A DNA stretch of 64,000 nt from Parcubacteria group bacterium (GTDB lineage: Bacteria > Patescibacteriota > Minisyncoccia > Moranbacterales > UBA11712). This document shows positions 48,370-57,305 of the stretch, piece by piece. Where the stretch lies: contig JBAZYY010000006.1 of the NCBI GenBank assembly GCA_041659065.1, forward strand, positions 1,551 through 65,550. The letters run 5' to 3'. The notes beneath the pieces were generated by a model. That model was not told the origin of the DNA, ran no database searches, and worked only from the letters and a program-made list of their open reading frames with translations. Position 1 is the first letter of the stretch. The number at the start of each line of letters is the position of its first letter. Both the position numbers and the translations under genes were made by a program.

Positions 48370-48639
48370 ATGAAAAAAATTACAGTTTTGGGGCCGGGAA
48401 CCCGAGGAAACCATGGGTGCTCGGAAGTTATGGAGCTGGAGGGTGAACTTCGCGCACTCACAGTTGAGGAGCGTAAGCTTCACTATCCTAACACCCACAT
48501 TGCAATCGGCAAGGTAATGAAGGTGGATCACTGCCCATATTGCAGCAGTACGGGCAGCTACTCGACTTTTTCGCCTGAGACCGGCGAAGATGTCGAATAT
48601 ACGGGATGGCTGGAGGATGAAACCACTCTCCAGCTATGA
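48370..48639 (+). CDS. hypothetical small protein (89 aa) with HGC...HCPYC putative zinc-binding motif
   Basis: Good SD (aaaaggatt). Co-directional 64 nt after the previous gene and followed by a strong terminator. Acidic C-terminus. Confidence 0.4.
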   Translation: MKKITVLGPGTRGNHGCSEVMELEGELRALTVEERKLHYPNTHIAIGKVMKVDHCPYCSSTGSYSTFSPETGEDVEYTGWLEDETTLQL

Positions 48640-48661
48640 GTAATTTAGCCACATCGGGAGG

Positions 48662-48708
48662 AATTCGCGCTTGCACCACTTGCGCGAAATCCTCCCTTTT
48701 TTATTTTG
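48662..48708 (+). terminator. strong rho-independent terminator
   Basis: gggaggaattcgcgc-ttgcaccactt-gcgcgaaatcctccc followed by ttttttatttt. Confidence 0.7.
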
Positions 48709-48731
48709 AATTAACACTATATAATTGAAAT

Positions 48732-49877
48732 ATGGAAGGATTCGCGCTGAAACATCAAATTCATCCATGGGAAGACAAAAATTCCATTCCTGAAGCGGAG
48801 GCTGTTTTAATGCAGTTGTTTGCAAATAATCAAAAAGAGATTGAGCGAATGCTTGGTGACGAATATGTATCTAAAACAGATGTTCACGTAATCGACCAAG
48901 ATCTTCAAAATATGCCGATGGAAGACAGAATAAAGATGATAATGCAGCAGGAGCGACAAGCCTCGAATCAGCGCCAAACATATTACGAAAAGAACGCAAA
49001 TATTTTACAAAAACTTGCCGAGACAGGCAGTGAAACAGCATCTGTGTTTGCACTGGAGCAGCTTCGAAAAAACGGAGCGCTTTTTTTCGAGTACCCGCTT
49101 GAATTTTGCGAGATCTTGAAGAAAGGAAATATTGCGAAAAATTTGAGGGCAATATTTGACGATATTTCTTCAGGAGAGATTCCAAAATCGGAGCATATTC
49201 TATATGCGTTTGTGCTCATGGAAATGACTTCTGGGATGAGAGATGTAGTTGATAAAGAAAGAGTGGAAAAGTTAATGACAGATTTTGAAAAAGCCCCGTC
49301 AGAAATATTTTTACTTACTTCGATGCTCAAAGAAGCCAAAGCGGCTGGAGAAAAGATTGATTATGAAGCAGTCAAATATCTCAAATTATATGAAAAGCCG
49401 ATCGGGGAAGATTTGCCGGGCGAGGAGAAGGAGGAAATTCTGGAGATGGCACGGGACACTTATTTCAACGATGTTTATAAAGACAATCCCGAAGCGGCGC
49501 AGAGGGTGATTGACGAGCTGGAAGGGGAGTTATTTGGAATTGACGGTTTGAAAAATCAGCGGACGTATATTTTGAAATACCAGGGACGCGTCATCGCTTT
49601 TTGCCGGTTCAAACCGATTAAGGGAAAGCTGGGTCATTTATACGCTGGGTCGCTCAATGTATGCAAGGACTTGCGAGAGCTGTCGATCGGCGGGTATTTC
49701 GTGCGAGCTACAACCGGAAAAGAAGCAAAAGAATTCGTGCTGGAGGCTGTCACTCGAGAGAATAATGTTGCGAACGAGAGTTATAAAAAATGCGGTTGGG
49801 TGCTTGACGAAGCAAATCCTTTTGAAAAAACCGGTGTGAAATATTTCAATATGGAAATGGACCGGCGAGAAAAGTAG
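48732..49877 (+). CDS. hypothetical protein with C-terminal GNAT-like acetyltransferase fold region
   Basis: 381 aa. The last ~110 aa (RVIAFCRF...RELSIGGYFVRATTGKEAKEFVLEAV...NESYKKCGWV) resemble GNAT motifs A/B. The N-terminal ~250 aa is helical and unrecognised. Confidence 0.45.
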   Translation: MEGFALKHQIHPWEDKNSIPEAEAVLMQLFANNQKEIERMLGDEYVSKTDVHVIDQDLQNMPMEDRIKMIMQQERQASNQRQTYYEKNANILQKLAETGSETASVFALEQLRKNGALFFEYPLEFCEILKKGNIAKNLRAIFDDISSGEIPKSEHILYAFVLMEMTSGMRDVVDKERVEKLMTDFEKAPSEIFLLTSMLKEAKAAGEKIDYEAVKYLKLYEKPIGEDLPGEEKEEILEMARDTYFNDVYKDNPEAAQRVIDELEGELFGIDGLKNQRTYILKYQGRVIAFCRFKPIKGKLGHLYAGSLNVCKDLRELSIGGYFVRATTGKEAKEFVLEAVTRENNVANESYKKCGWVLDEANPFEKTGVKYFNMEMDRREK

Positions 49878-49916
49878 AAGCGTAAATATTTATTGCGCGT
49901 TTTATACTTCAATGCA

Positions 49917-49950
49917 AGCAAAAAACCCCGCGAATGGGGTTTTTTGTATT
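49917..49950. terminator. bidirectional terminator between convergent genes
   Basis: aaaaaaccccgcgaatggggtttttt perfect hairpin with A-run and T-run flanks. Confidence 0.7.
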
Positions 49951-49975
49951 TTTCAATAAGAATCTTCGATCAAGA

Positions 49976-50245
49976 TTACATTACTGCGTCTTTGAGTTTC
50001 TTGAGGACTCGAGCCTTCAGGACAGTTTTGGCAGGAATATCGATTTCCTCGCCAGTCATTGGGTTTCGTCCTTTACGAGCAGCTCTGTGTTTCTTCTCAA
50101 CCTTTACGAGGCCGGGAATTTCAACAGGCTCTTTTTTGACGGCTTGCTTTATGACCTCGGCCATAGTCTCAAGGACCAAAACGACGTCCTTCTTGGCCAG
50201 CTGAGTCTTTTCAACAAGCGCATCTACGAGTTCCTTCTTCTTCAT
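49976..50245 (-). CDS. hup: HU family nucleoid-associated DNA-binding protein
   Basis: 89 aa with MKKKELVDALVEKTQLAKKD... and the RNPMTGEEIDIPAK arm motif. Confidence 0.9.
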   Translation of the reverse strand: MKKKELVDALVEKTQLAKKDVVLVLETMAEVIKQAVKKEPVEIPGLVKVEKKHRAARKGRNPMTGEEIDIPAKTVLKARVLKKLKDAVM

Positions 50246-50569
50246 GCGTTTTATGTTAAAGTTTATTAACCCCCTTAATTACTACAGAATCATAGCATAT
50301 TCCTGAAAAAAAGGGCAAATGTGTAGAATATCTACTCAATAGTCGGAATCAATCTATCACAAAATTGCAAACGTAGCAGCAGCTTAATATCGAGATATTC
50401 CCTTTATAATAGCCATTATTTTAATTTTAATAATCAGATTATCTTCAGACTCTGGCTTGCGCCAAGGCGTTTGAAGCGTGCATCGCGAAAACGTCAAGAA
50501 ATTCATCTTTTTCCGCCTTAAAGATGAAGGTAGTTTTTTGTCCCTGATTTTGTTTATCCAAAGCTAGAT

Positions 50570-50899
50570 CTATAAATTCCCGTTATCATCCCTATAGCCT
50601 CGATCATTTCGATAGTACCTTGGCCCAACATAAGAAAATATTCGCAGGATTAGGTAGCCTATGAAGGCATATACAATTAACGCCACGAGCGTGGAAAAAT
50701 CAACCACAAATTGCCCCAATCTCAGATCCGGAACAATTTTTGCAAACGGTGTCACCAAGGACGCCGAGGTGGTATAAATCCAAGCTACAAAGGGGGTGGC
50801 TGCGTTCGCAACAAAAAACCTGAATATGAAGCGGAGAAGCAGCAAAAACTCAATAATCCCGAAAACAATATTAACTAATGTGCTTACAATTCCATACAT
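50570..50899 (-). CDS. YggT family membrane protein
   Basis: 109 aa with two TM segments and an IIEFLLLLRFIFRF-type YGGT motif. Confidence 0.6.
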   Translation of the reverse strand: MYGIVSTLVNIVFGIIEFLLLLRFIFRFFVANAATPFVAWIYTTSASLVTPFAKIVPDLRLGQFVVDFSTLVALIVYAFIGYLILRIFSYVGPRYYRNDRGYRDDNGNL

Positions 50900-50974
50900 A
50901 GATTTTATTTAAGCTATATTATAACTCCCTGATTCTCTTGGTTCTGCATCTTTAGGTAGTATAAATGCTTTTGA

Positions 50975-51121
50975 CTAGATAATGCTGCGACCCTGGAGCA
51001 GTCGCAACACGATCAAAATAATTGCAACCACCAGCAGAACATGGATCAAACCACCGAGCGTGAAAGAAGTGAGGAGTCCCAATGCCCAGAGAATCAGCAA
51101 GATGACGATTAATGCCCACAT
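50975..51121 (-). CDS. lmo0937-family small membrane protein (48 aa), not in supplied ORF track
   Basis: aaaggtgg SD 8 nt upstream. Translation MWALIVILLILWALGLLTSFTLGGLIHVLLVVAIILIVLRLLQGRSII is typical of the lmo0937 family. The overlapping + strand ORF 50982..51275 is rejected. Confidence 0.5.
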   Translation of the reverse strand: MWALIVILLILWALGLLTSFTLGGLIHVLLVVAIILIVLRLLQGRSII

Positions 51122-51485
51122 ATATTTTCACCACCTTTCTATTTATATTTTATATCTTCTTCATATCCTGGCTTTCCTAATTTTGGTCGTCCCGGTGATT
51201 ATTTCTTCGGGTAAATATTTGGTTAAAGCCATATCCACCAGGGAGGTTTGGCTGGTTTCTCCAGCTATGGCCTGACCTTAGCATGCTTCAACAGATTTGG
51301 ATTCAGAAACAAGGCTATCCACTTTTTATAATGATTGGTATTTCACTATTATATGTATCTATTCTATTTCTACATTCATCCCGGTTTTATATTTCAAATG
51401 CCTTGTTTTGATATGCCTTTATTGAATCGTTCTAGCTTCTTGCCATTAGACAAAAAAACAAGGTTTGAACTAGACTCATTTTTAC

Positions 51486-51503
51486 GCGTAGCCCTACGGG
51501 GAA
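51486..51503. repeat. 18-bp direct repeat duplicating the 3-prime end of tRNA-Glu (second copy at 51652..51669 inside the tRNA)
   Basis: gcgtagccctacggggaa occurs twice, ~150 bp apart. The second copy covers the T-loop end, the acceptor 3-prime strand, the discriminator and 3 following nt of tRNA-Glu. Confidence 0.8.
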
Positions 51504-51654
51504 GCTCACTGCTCGCTTGTTTCACTCACTGCGCTTTCAAACCCCTCGGTTTGAATAATTCCGCCCCGGGGAAACTTACGTTTTCCCAACCCCTTTCCTG
51601 TTCGACTCCCCAGACACAAAAAATATCTGCCAAAACGGCAGATATTTAGATGCG

Positions 51655-51726
51655 TAGCCCTACGGGGAATCGAACCCCGGTTAACGGATTGAAAACCCGC
51701 TGTCCTAACCACTAGACGATAGGGCC
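51655..51726 (-). tRNA. tRNA-Glu (anticodon TTC)
   Basis: The reverse complement GGCCCTATCGTCTAGTGGTTAGGACAGCGGGTTTTCAATCCGTTAACCGGGGTTCGATTCCCCGTAGGGCTA folds as a cloverleaf. The anticodon loop TTTTCAA gives TTC. A - strand terminator hairpin (tctgccgttttggcaga plus T-run) follows at ~51626-51642. Confidence 0.75.
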
Positions 51727-51791
51727 GTATTTATTCAACACGGCTAATAATAATCAATAATTATCACGGAGTCAATATAGCAGGTTGATTT

Positions 51792-53456
51792 ATGCCTCTG
51801 GAAAATGTTAATATTAGTCATGCTAAAGACCATAAAATAATGGAAAAGGAAACTAAAAAGGCGGGGATATCAGCTGAAATCAGCCAACCAGTAGCTGATT
51901 TTATTGCGGAGCTCAAAAAAGAGCTTAGACTAATCCACCAAATCACCTCAGAAGAAGACCTAGAGGAACTGGAAATTACGCAGGCAAGTGAGAACATGAC
52001 TCTGATTTACGAGAAAATCAGAAATATTGTCGACTACAAAGAAGATCATTTGATAAAAAGAAGTGCTATTGAAAGAATCTTGAGGCGAAACCTACTCATA
52101 GAACATAGGCAGAAGGAATTCAGCGAGCAGTTTATCAACGAGCTGATAATGGCCGGTTATCTGTCGAGACAAGAAGCTGAAAAAAAGCTTAGAGATAAAG
52201 TGAAAAAAATTCTTTCGAAATACCAGAAACTAATTGGAAAGATAAGGAATTTTGACAATAAAAGCTGGGTTATTGGCATAGCATCCTGTGAAATAGAGGA
52301 ATGCCTTTTCCCGATGGCGACCCGCCGGGCATTAGTGCGCGCCATGTTTAACTCCCTGAAGGATAAAATTGTATTTGAGGGGCGGGAGAAAAATATCGCG
52401 GGAAGTGAAAAGGATATTCAGACATATATTGCCGTTCTCAGGTCTCTTTCAAAAGTCGATCGAGTGAGTCTTAATTTCAATTTATTCAAAATATATTGTC
52501 CGATTTGGTTTGGAGGGGGTCACGAAGAAAAAACAATAAGAGACGTCGCAGCTAATCTCGCGCATCATATCAGGACGATTCAAACGAAGTCCTATAATCC
52601 ATTGTCCTTTAGGATAGCGGTTGCCTTGAGGAGGCAAGCGGTATATTTCAATGTATTCTACGAAGTAGTATTGAATAATATCGATAAGATAGACAAGATT
52701 CTTGGAAATAAGGAATCTTTGCAATTCGCTTCCCAGCTCGTGAGTGAAAATTTCTACGATCGGGAAATGGGAAAATTTTGGAAACGGGTTAAGCGCAGCC
52801 TATTTTTTCTCGTAATCACGAAAATCCTTTTGGCAGCTGCGGTGGAGTATCCTTACGACCTTTATATAATTGGGACAGTCAATTTCATGCCAATTCTCAT
52901 CAACCTTATTTTCCCGCCAGTCTACCTGACAATTCTTTCCGCGACGATCAAGAGGCCAAGTGAATCAAATTCAGTGCTGATAGCGAAGGGCATTGAGGAA
53001 ATTGTGTATAAGGAAAACAGAAGCAAAATTGCTCCGATCAAAATTTTCGAAAGAGAGACGGTGAAGGATCAGATACTCAACCTATTTTTCCTGCTGACGT
53101 TTGCAGTTTCCTTTGGAATAGTAATCTGGATCCTTTCGAGGATGAACTTCAACTACGTCGGGATTGCCATATTTCTTTTTCTCTTCAGTATTGTCAGCTT
53201 TTTTAATGCTCTGGTTCGACAGCCAATTCGGGAACTTTTAATCGCCCGGAGTAGGGAAGGGTTTGTGGGAGTGCTTATTGATACGCTCTCGATTCCTTTT
53301 GTGCGTATCGGCAAGTGGCTTTCCACGAAGTTCTCCCAAATCAATATACTTCTGATGATTCTCGATGTGCTGATCGAAGCGCCACTCAAGGTTTTCGTGC
53401 GTTTCATTCAGGATTGGACGGGATTCCTGAGGCGGAAGAAAGAGGAAATGATCTAA
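51792..53456 (+). CDS. hypothetical membrane protein (large cytoplasmic N-domain, C-terminal TM bundle)
   Basis: 554-aa ORF. First ~330 aa hydrophilic, last ~220 aa with 5 or more TM helices. No recognisable motif. Confidence 0.45.
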   Translation: MPLENVNISHAKDHKIMEKETKKAGISAEISQPVADFIAELKKELRLIHQITSEEDLEELEITQASENMTLIYEKIRNIVDYKEDHLIKRSAIERILRRNLLIEHRQKEFSEQFINELIMAGYLSRQEAEKKLRDKVKKILSKYQKLIGKIRNFDNKSWVIGIASCEIEECLFPMATRRALVRAMFNSLKDKIVFEGREKNIAGSEKDIQTYIAVLRSLSKVDRVSLNFNLFKIYCPIWFGGGHEEKTIRDVAANLAHHIRTIQTKSYNPLSFRIAVALRRQAVYFNVFYEVVLNNIDKIDKILGNKESLQFASQLVSENFYDREMGKFWKRVKRSLFFLVITKILLAAAVEYPYDLYIIGTVNFMPILINLIFPPVYLTILSATIKRPSESNSVLIAKGIEEIVYKENRSKIAPIKIFERETVKDQILNLFFLLTFAVSFGIVIWILSRMNFNYVGIAIFLFLFSIVSFFNALVRQPIRELLIARSREGFVGVLIDTLSIPFVRIGKWLSTKFSQINILLMILDVLIEAPLKVFVRFIQDWTGFLRRKKEEMI

Positions 53457-53554
53457 TAAGAATTGAGAATTTGGAATTGAGAATGAATTTTTTTTACATT
53501 CGCTTATTTCTGATTATCATTTACAATTCATAATTCATAATTCCGAATTTTAAT

Positions 53555-55255
53555 ATGCTGAAAAAATACTGGTATAAAATTGCTCTACTCGCAATAATAA
53601 TTTTCGCTATCTTCTTCCGAACTTATCATTTTTCTGACTGGCTGCATTTCGGAATGGACCAAGCGAGAGATGCCACTCTGGTCAGCCAGGCGGCGGCCGA
53701 GGGTCCAGCGCAGCTTCCACTGCTCGGTCCACGGGCCGGGGGCACTTATGTAAGACTCGGTCCGATATTCTATTATTTTCAGTATCTTTCCGCGAAAATA
53801 ACAGACTCCACTGATCCGACGGTATTTGCTATTCCGGATCTAATCTTCTCTATTCTGACCATCCCACTACTATTTCTTTTTTTGCGCTTATTCTTTTCTC
53901 GTTCCGTATCTCTTTTGGCTACGGCTCTTTATGCTTTTAATTTTGTAATAATTCAATTTTCAAGATTTGCTTGGAATCCGAACTCGATTCCTTTCTGGAC
54001 ACTTCTCGCTTTTTACGCGTTGTTCCGCTCGATTGGCGAGAAAGATGGAAAAAAAAGATATCTTTGGATTTTTCTGGTTGCGATTAGCTGGGCGGTGGTT
54101 GGTCAGCTGCATTTCGTGGCTCTGGCGGCTGTGCCGGCTGTAATATTATTTTTTCTTCTCTGGTCCGGTAAGTGGCGCGCATTCAAGTGGAAGGAGGCCG
54201 TGCTTCTTGCTATCATACTGATAATTTTCTTTGCGCCCGTGATCTTAAGCGATATAGTCATGAAGGGGGATAATCTGAAGCAGTTTTTTTGGGCTTTTCA
54301 GTATAAGCCGCAGGAACATAGCTTTCTGGGGAATATCAAGACTGACATCTTGATGCATGCCAATTACTATACGCTGATTCTGACAACTTATGTGAGTCCG
54401 ACAGGCAAAGCGTCGCTTGCCGCGGGAGCCATCCTTTCACTTTTCGGATTAGGATACCTCATCTATAATTTACGCCGGGAAAAGGATGAGGATAAGAAAA
54501 ATTTCCTAAAACTGATTTTTATCTGGGTGGCCGTTTCATTTCTGGTCCTTATTCCTTTTGCTTTTCAGATCAAACCGCGCTTTTTATTTTTTGAGATATT
54601 TATTCCTTTCATTTTTGTCGCAATGGGAATAGAATGGCTGCAAAAAGGAGATAAATATAAAAAGTTTGTCTCATTCGCGGCAATCGCCTTGGTGGTGGGA
54701 GTAATAGCACTTAATATTGAAGCAACGTTGGCTTGGTTTGCTCGACTGGAAACCGGACAAAAATTCAGCGTCTGGGGCGATCGCCTTTCTTTCATGCAGT
54801 ATCCCAAGGCCATCACTGCTTCCGATTTTCGAGAAGCGACCGAATTTGTGGACAATAAGTGGCAAGAGAATCCGGCGAAAATATATTTTTACGGCAATCT
54901 TGAGCTTCGAAACCCATTACTCTACCTGCTTGAGCAAAAAAATCCAAAAATTGAATACGAATATATCGGCTATCGAACCAGGGATTTTTTCGGAAGATAT
55001 TTTGCTGTCAGCACGGCCGGGGGCGGGCTCGAATCATTGCCGAAACACTACCAGGCGAAGTTTGATTTGGCGGAAAACAACACGTTTAAGAAACTAGCCG
55101 TTCAAGAGCTTAAGTTGAAAGAGATCCAACCCAAAGAAAGTGAGAAAGAAAGCCTTAAGGAACCTAAGGTTGAATCGGAAACGGAGCAAAATGCTAAAAA
55201 AGGAATTAAAAAAAGCGATCGGGTTTTGTGGGGAGACCTGTTTAGCAAAAAATGA
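53555..55255 (+). CDS. GT-C fold glycosyltransferase (PMT/ArnT-like, GT39/GT83 family)
   Basis: Polytopic membrane protein with the first-loop acidic motif (HFGMDQARD) characteristic of dolichyl/undecaprenyl-phosphate-sugar dependent transferases. Confidence 0.65.
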   Translation: MLKKYWYKIALLAIIIFAIFFRTYHFSDWLHFGMDQARDATLVSQAAAEGPAQLPLLGPRAGGTYVRLGPIFYYFQYLSAKITDSTDPTVFAIPDLIFSILTIPLLFLFLRLFFSRSVSLLATALYAFNFVIIQFSRFAWNPNSIPFWTLLAFYALFRSIGEKDGKKRYLWIFLVAISWAVVGQLHFVALAAVPAVILFFLLWSGKWRAFKWKEAVLLAIILIIFFAPVILSDIVMKGDNLKQFFWAFQYKPQEHSFLGNIKTDILMHANYYTLILTTYVSPTGKASLAAGAILSLFGLGYLIYNLRREKDEDKKNFLKLIFIWVAVSFLVLIPFAFQIKPRFLFFEIFIPFIFVAMGIEWLQKGDKYKKFVSFAAIALVVGVIALNIEATLAWFARLETGQKFSVWGDRLSFMQYPKAITASDFREATEFVDNKWQENPAKIYFYGNLELRNPLLYLLEQKNPKIEYEYIGYRTRDFFGRYFAVSTAGGGLESLPKHYQAKFDLAENNTFKKLAVQELKLKEIQPKESEKESLKEPKVESETEQNAKKGIKKSDRVLWGDLFSKK

Positions 55256-56133
55256 AAGAAAAAACAAAGAAAAAACTAAGAGCAAAAGTCTTTTATAAAG
55301 GCTCTTCACTCCTGCTTAAAGGCCAGGGCGATGTTGGTGTGCTTTTTTTCCATGGCTGGACATCCCCACCCGATGAACTGATAGATCTTGGAAAGCACTT
55401 AAATTCTTTTGGATACACTTTTTACGCTCCGCTTCTCACTGGGCATGGTACTGAACCGGAGGATCTTATGGGAGTTACCGCGGATGATTGGCAAGCGGAT
55501 GCCAGGCGGGCGCTGCTCGAAATTAAAAAGTTTTCAAAAAAAATATTCGTGGGCGGTATCTCAATGGGAGGCGATTTGGCTCTTCTTATCTCCGGAGATC
55601 CCGAGGTTGAAGGGATTATACTATTGGGAACGCCAGTTAAGTTTCCGGTTCATAATCTCGCCAAGGCCGGCCTTTATTTTATGGCTCTGGCCAAAACCTA
55701 TCGAAAAAAATATTATCCGCCATGGATCAAAAAAAAGAGAGGTGATCGTCCAGCCTATCCTTATTATCCGGTTGAGAATGCCAAGGAGGTGGTAAAATTG
55801 GCCGACGCGGCCCGCAGGTTTCTGCCGCTGGTTAATAAGCCGACTCTCATTATGCAGGCTAAAGTGGATCATATGGTTTCACACAAGTCTCCGGAGATTA
55901 TCTACAGCAGGATAAAATCCGAAATCAAAGAAATAGTCTGGCTCAAAAAGGTCTATCACGTGTTTGTGTATGATAAGGGCGTTCATGAAAAGATAAGCAG
56001 TTTCGTCCGCGGCATTCAAAACAAGGAATTATATGTTCCTTCTGAGCATAAGTCCGGGTTAAACTTCAGAAACATCTTCTTTTTAGTAGCCTCGTTAGTT
56101 TTTGGTCTCTTTATCTTGGCGATGACGTTATGA
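55252..56133 (+). CDS. alpha/beta hydrolase (esterase/lipase-like) with C-terminal TM anchor
   Basis: GISMGG nucleophile elbow (GxSxG) and an HGWTS oxyanion-region motif. 4-nt overlap with the upstream gene. Confidence 0.7.
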   Translation: MKEKTKKKLRAKVFYKGSSLLLKGQGDVGVLFFHGWTSPPDELIDLGKHLNSFGYTFYAPLLTGHGTEPEDLMGVTADDWQADARRALLEIKKFSKKIFVGGISMGGDLALLISGDPEVEGIILLGTPVKFPVHNLAKAGLYFMALAKTYRKKYYPPWIKKKRGDRPAYPYYPVENAKEVVKLADAARRFLPLVNKPTLIMQAKVDHMVSHKSPEIIYSRIKSEIKEIVWLKKVYHVFVYDKGVHEKISSFVRGIQNKELYVPSEHKSGLNFRNIFFLVASLVFGLFILAMTL

Positions 56134-57302
56134 GAATAGCCATATTTACGAATAATTATCTTCCGATAGTAAGTGGTGTTACGCGGTCAATCGAAGAGTA
56201 CCAAAGGAAACTTGAGAATCAAGGCCATAAAGTATATATTTTTGCTCCAAAATATTCAGGGTATCTGGATAAGGAGCAAAGCGTTTTTAGATATCCGGCC
56301 GTAAATGTCAAATATAAGGTCAGCTATCCGCTAGCTATTCGCCAAGCAGGAACGAAAAAGGCGGAGAGAAAGCTGCGAGAATTTTGTCCGGAAATTATTC
56401 ATTCCCAGCATCCGACTGTTTTAGGGTCAGAAGCTCTGAAATTTTCCAAAAAGCTGCGTATTCCCATAATATTCACATACCATACTCTTTACGAGGAATA
56501 TGTGCATTACATTCCTTTGATCCCAGGCTGGGCGCTTAGAAGAGCAGTCAGTGCTCAAGCTTTGAGGTATTGCAATAAGTGCGACGGAGTTATCGCCCCC
56601 ACAGGCGAGATTAAAAAAATGTTAATGGGGAAGGGAGCGAGTGTTCCGATTGAAGTCATCCCTTCTGGAATAGAAATAGAGAAATTTAGGATAGGAGACA
56701 GAAAAAAAATAAGAAATTTATATAATATCCAGGACCACGAAATACTTCTTCTTTGCGTAAGCCGGCTAGCCAAAGAAAAAAACCTGGGGCTGCTGCTTAA
56801 AGCTTTTCGAAAGTTAAGCTTAAAAATAGACACAGTTAAGCTGATGTTGGTTGGAGGAGGGCACGCTGCCGATAGCCTTAAAAAAATAGCGGCGGAGTTG
56901 GGCGTAAGCCGTAAAACAATTTTTCCTGGGTTGATAGATCTCGACGAAATACAAGACTATTATCTGGCAGGCGATATTTTCGCTTATAGCTCAATGACAG
57001 AAACGCAAGGCATGATTGTCGCGGAAGCGATGGCAGCCGGACTCCCGGTTGTTGCCGTGGACGCAACTGGCAGCCGGGATGTTGTTATTGACGGTAAGAC
57101 GGGATATCTCACGGAAAATAGTGTTTCTGATTTTTCAAAAAAAATAGAGGATCTGATTGAAGACGGAGAATTAAGAAAAAAATTCTCAAAGGCGGCTCTT
57201 GCGGAATCAGAAAAATACGACGTCGGTGTTTCCACAAAAAATCTTTTGGAATTTTATGAAAAAACTATCAGAAATTCGTTCAAAAATATTGTGAAAAAAT
57301 AA
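56130..57302 (+). CDS. glycosyltransferase family 4 (GT-B, glycosyl transferase group 1)
   Basis: N-terminal MRIAIFTNNYLPIVSGV. C-terminal EX7E-type region (MTETQGMIVAEAMAAGLPVVA). Confidence 0.8.
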   Translation: MRIAIFTNNYLPIVSGVTRSIEEYQRKLENQGHKVYIFAPKYSGYLDKEQSVFRYPAVNVKYKVSYPLAIRQAGTKKAERKLREFCPEIIHSQHPTVLGSEALKFSKKLRIPIIFTYHTLYEEYVHYIPLIPGWALRRAVSAQALRYCNKCDGVIAPTGEIKKMLMGKGASVPIEVIPSGIEIEKFRIGDRKKIRNLYNIQDHEILLLCVSRLAKEKNLGLLLKAFRKLSLKIDTVKLMLVGGGHAADSLKKIAAELGVSRKTIFPGLIDLDEIQDYYLAGDIFAYSSMTETQGMIVAEAMAAGLPVVAVDATGSRDVVIDGKTGYLTENSVSDFSKKIEDLIEDGELRKKFSKAALAESEKYDVGVSTKNLLEFYEKTIRNSFKNIVKK

Positions 57303-57305
57303 GAA

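Noticed and set aside
49893-50269. Two + strand ORFs (103 and 111 aa) overlapping hup
   Set aside because: HU on the - strand is unmistakable, so these are antisense frames.
51335-51712. ORFs 51335..51649 (+) and 51506..51712 (-) around tRNA-Glu
   Set aside because: They overlap the tRNA gene, its terminator and the duplicated tRNA 3-prime segment. They have no start signals and skewed composition.
51480-51730. Intact integrated prophage or ICE at tRNA-Glu
   Set aside because: Only ~150 bp separate the two tRNA-end copies, and no integrase, excisionase or phage genes are present nearby. I report it as a relic or miniature site rather than an element.
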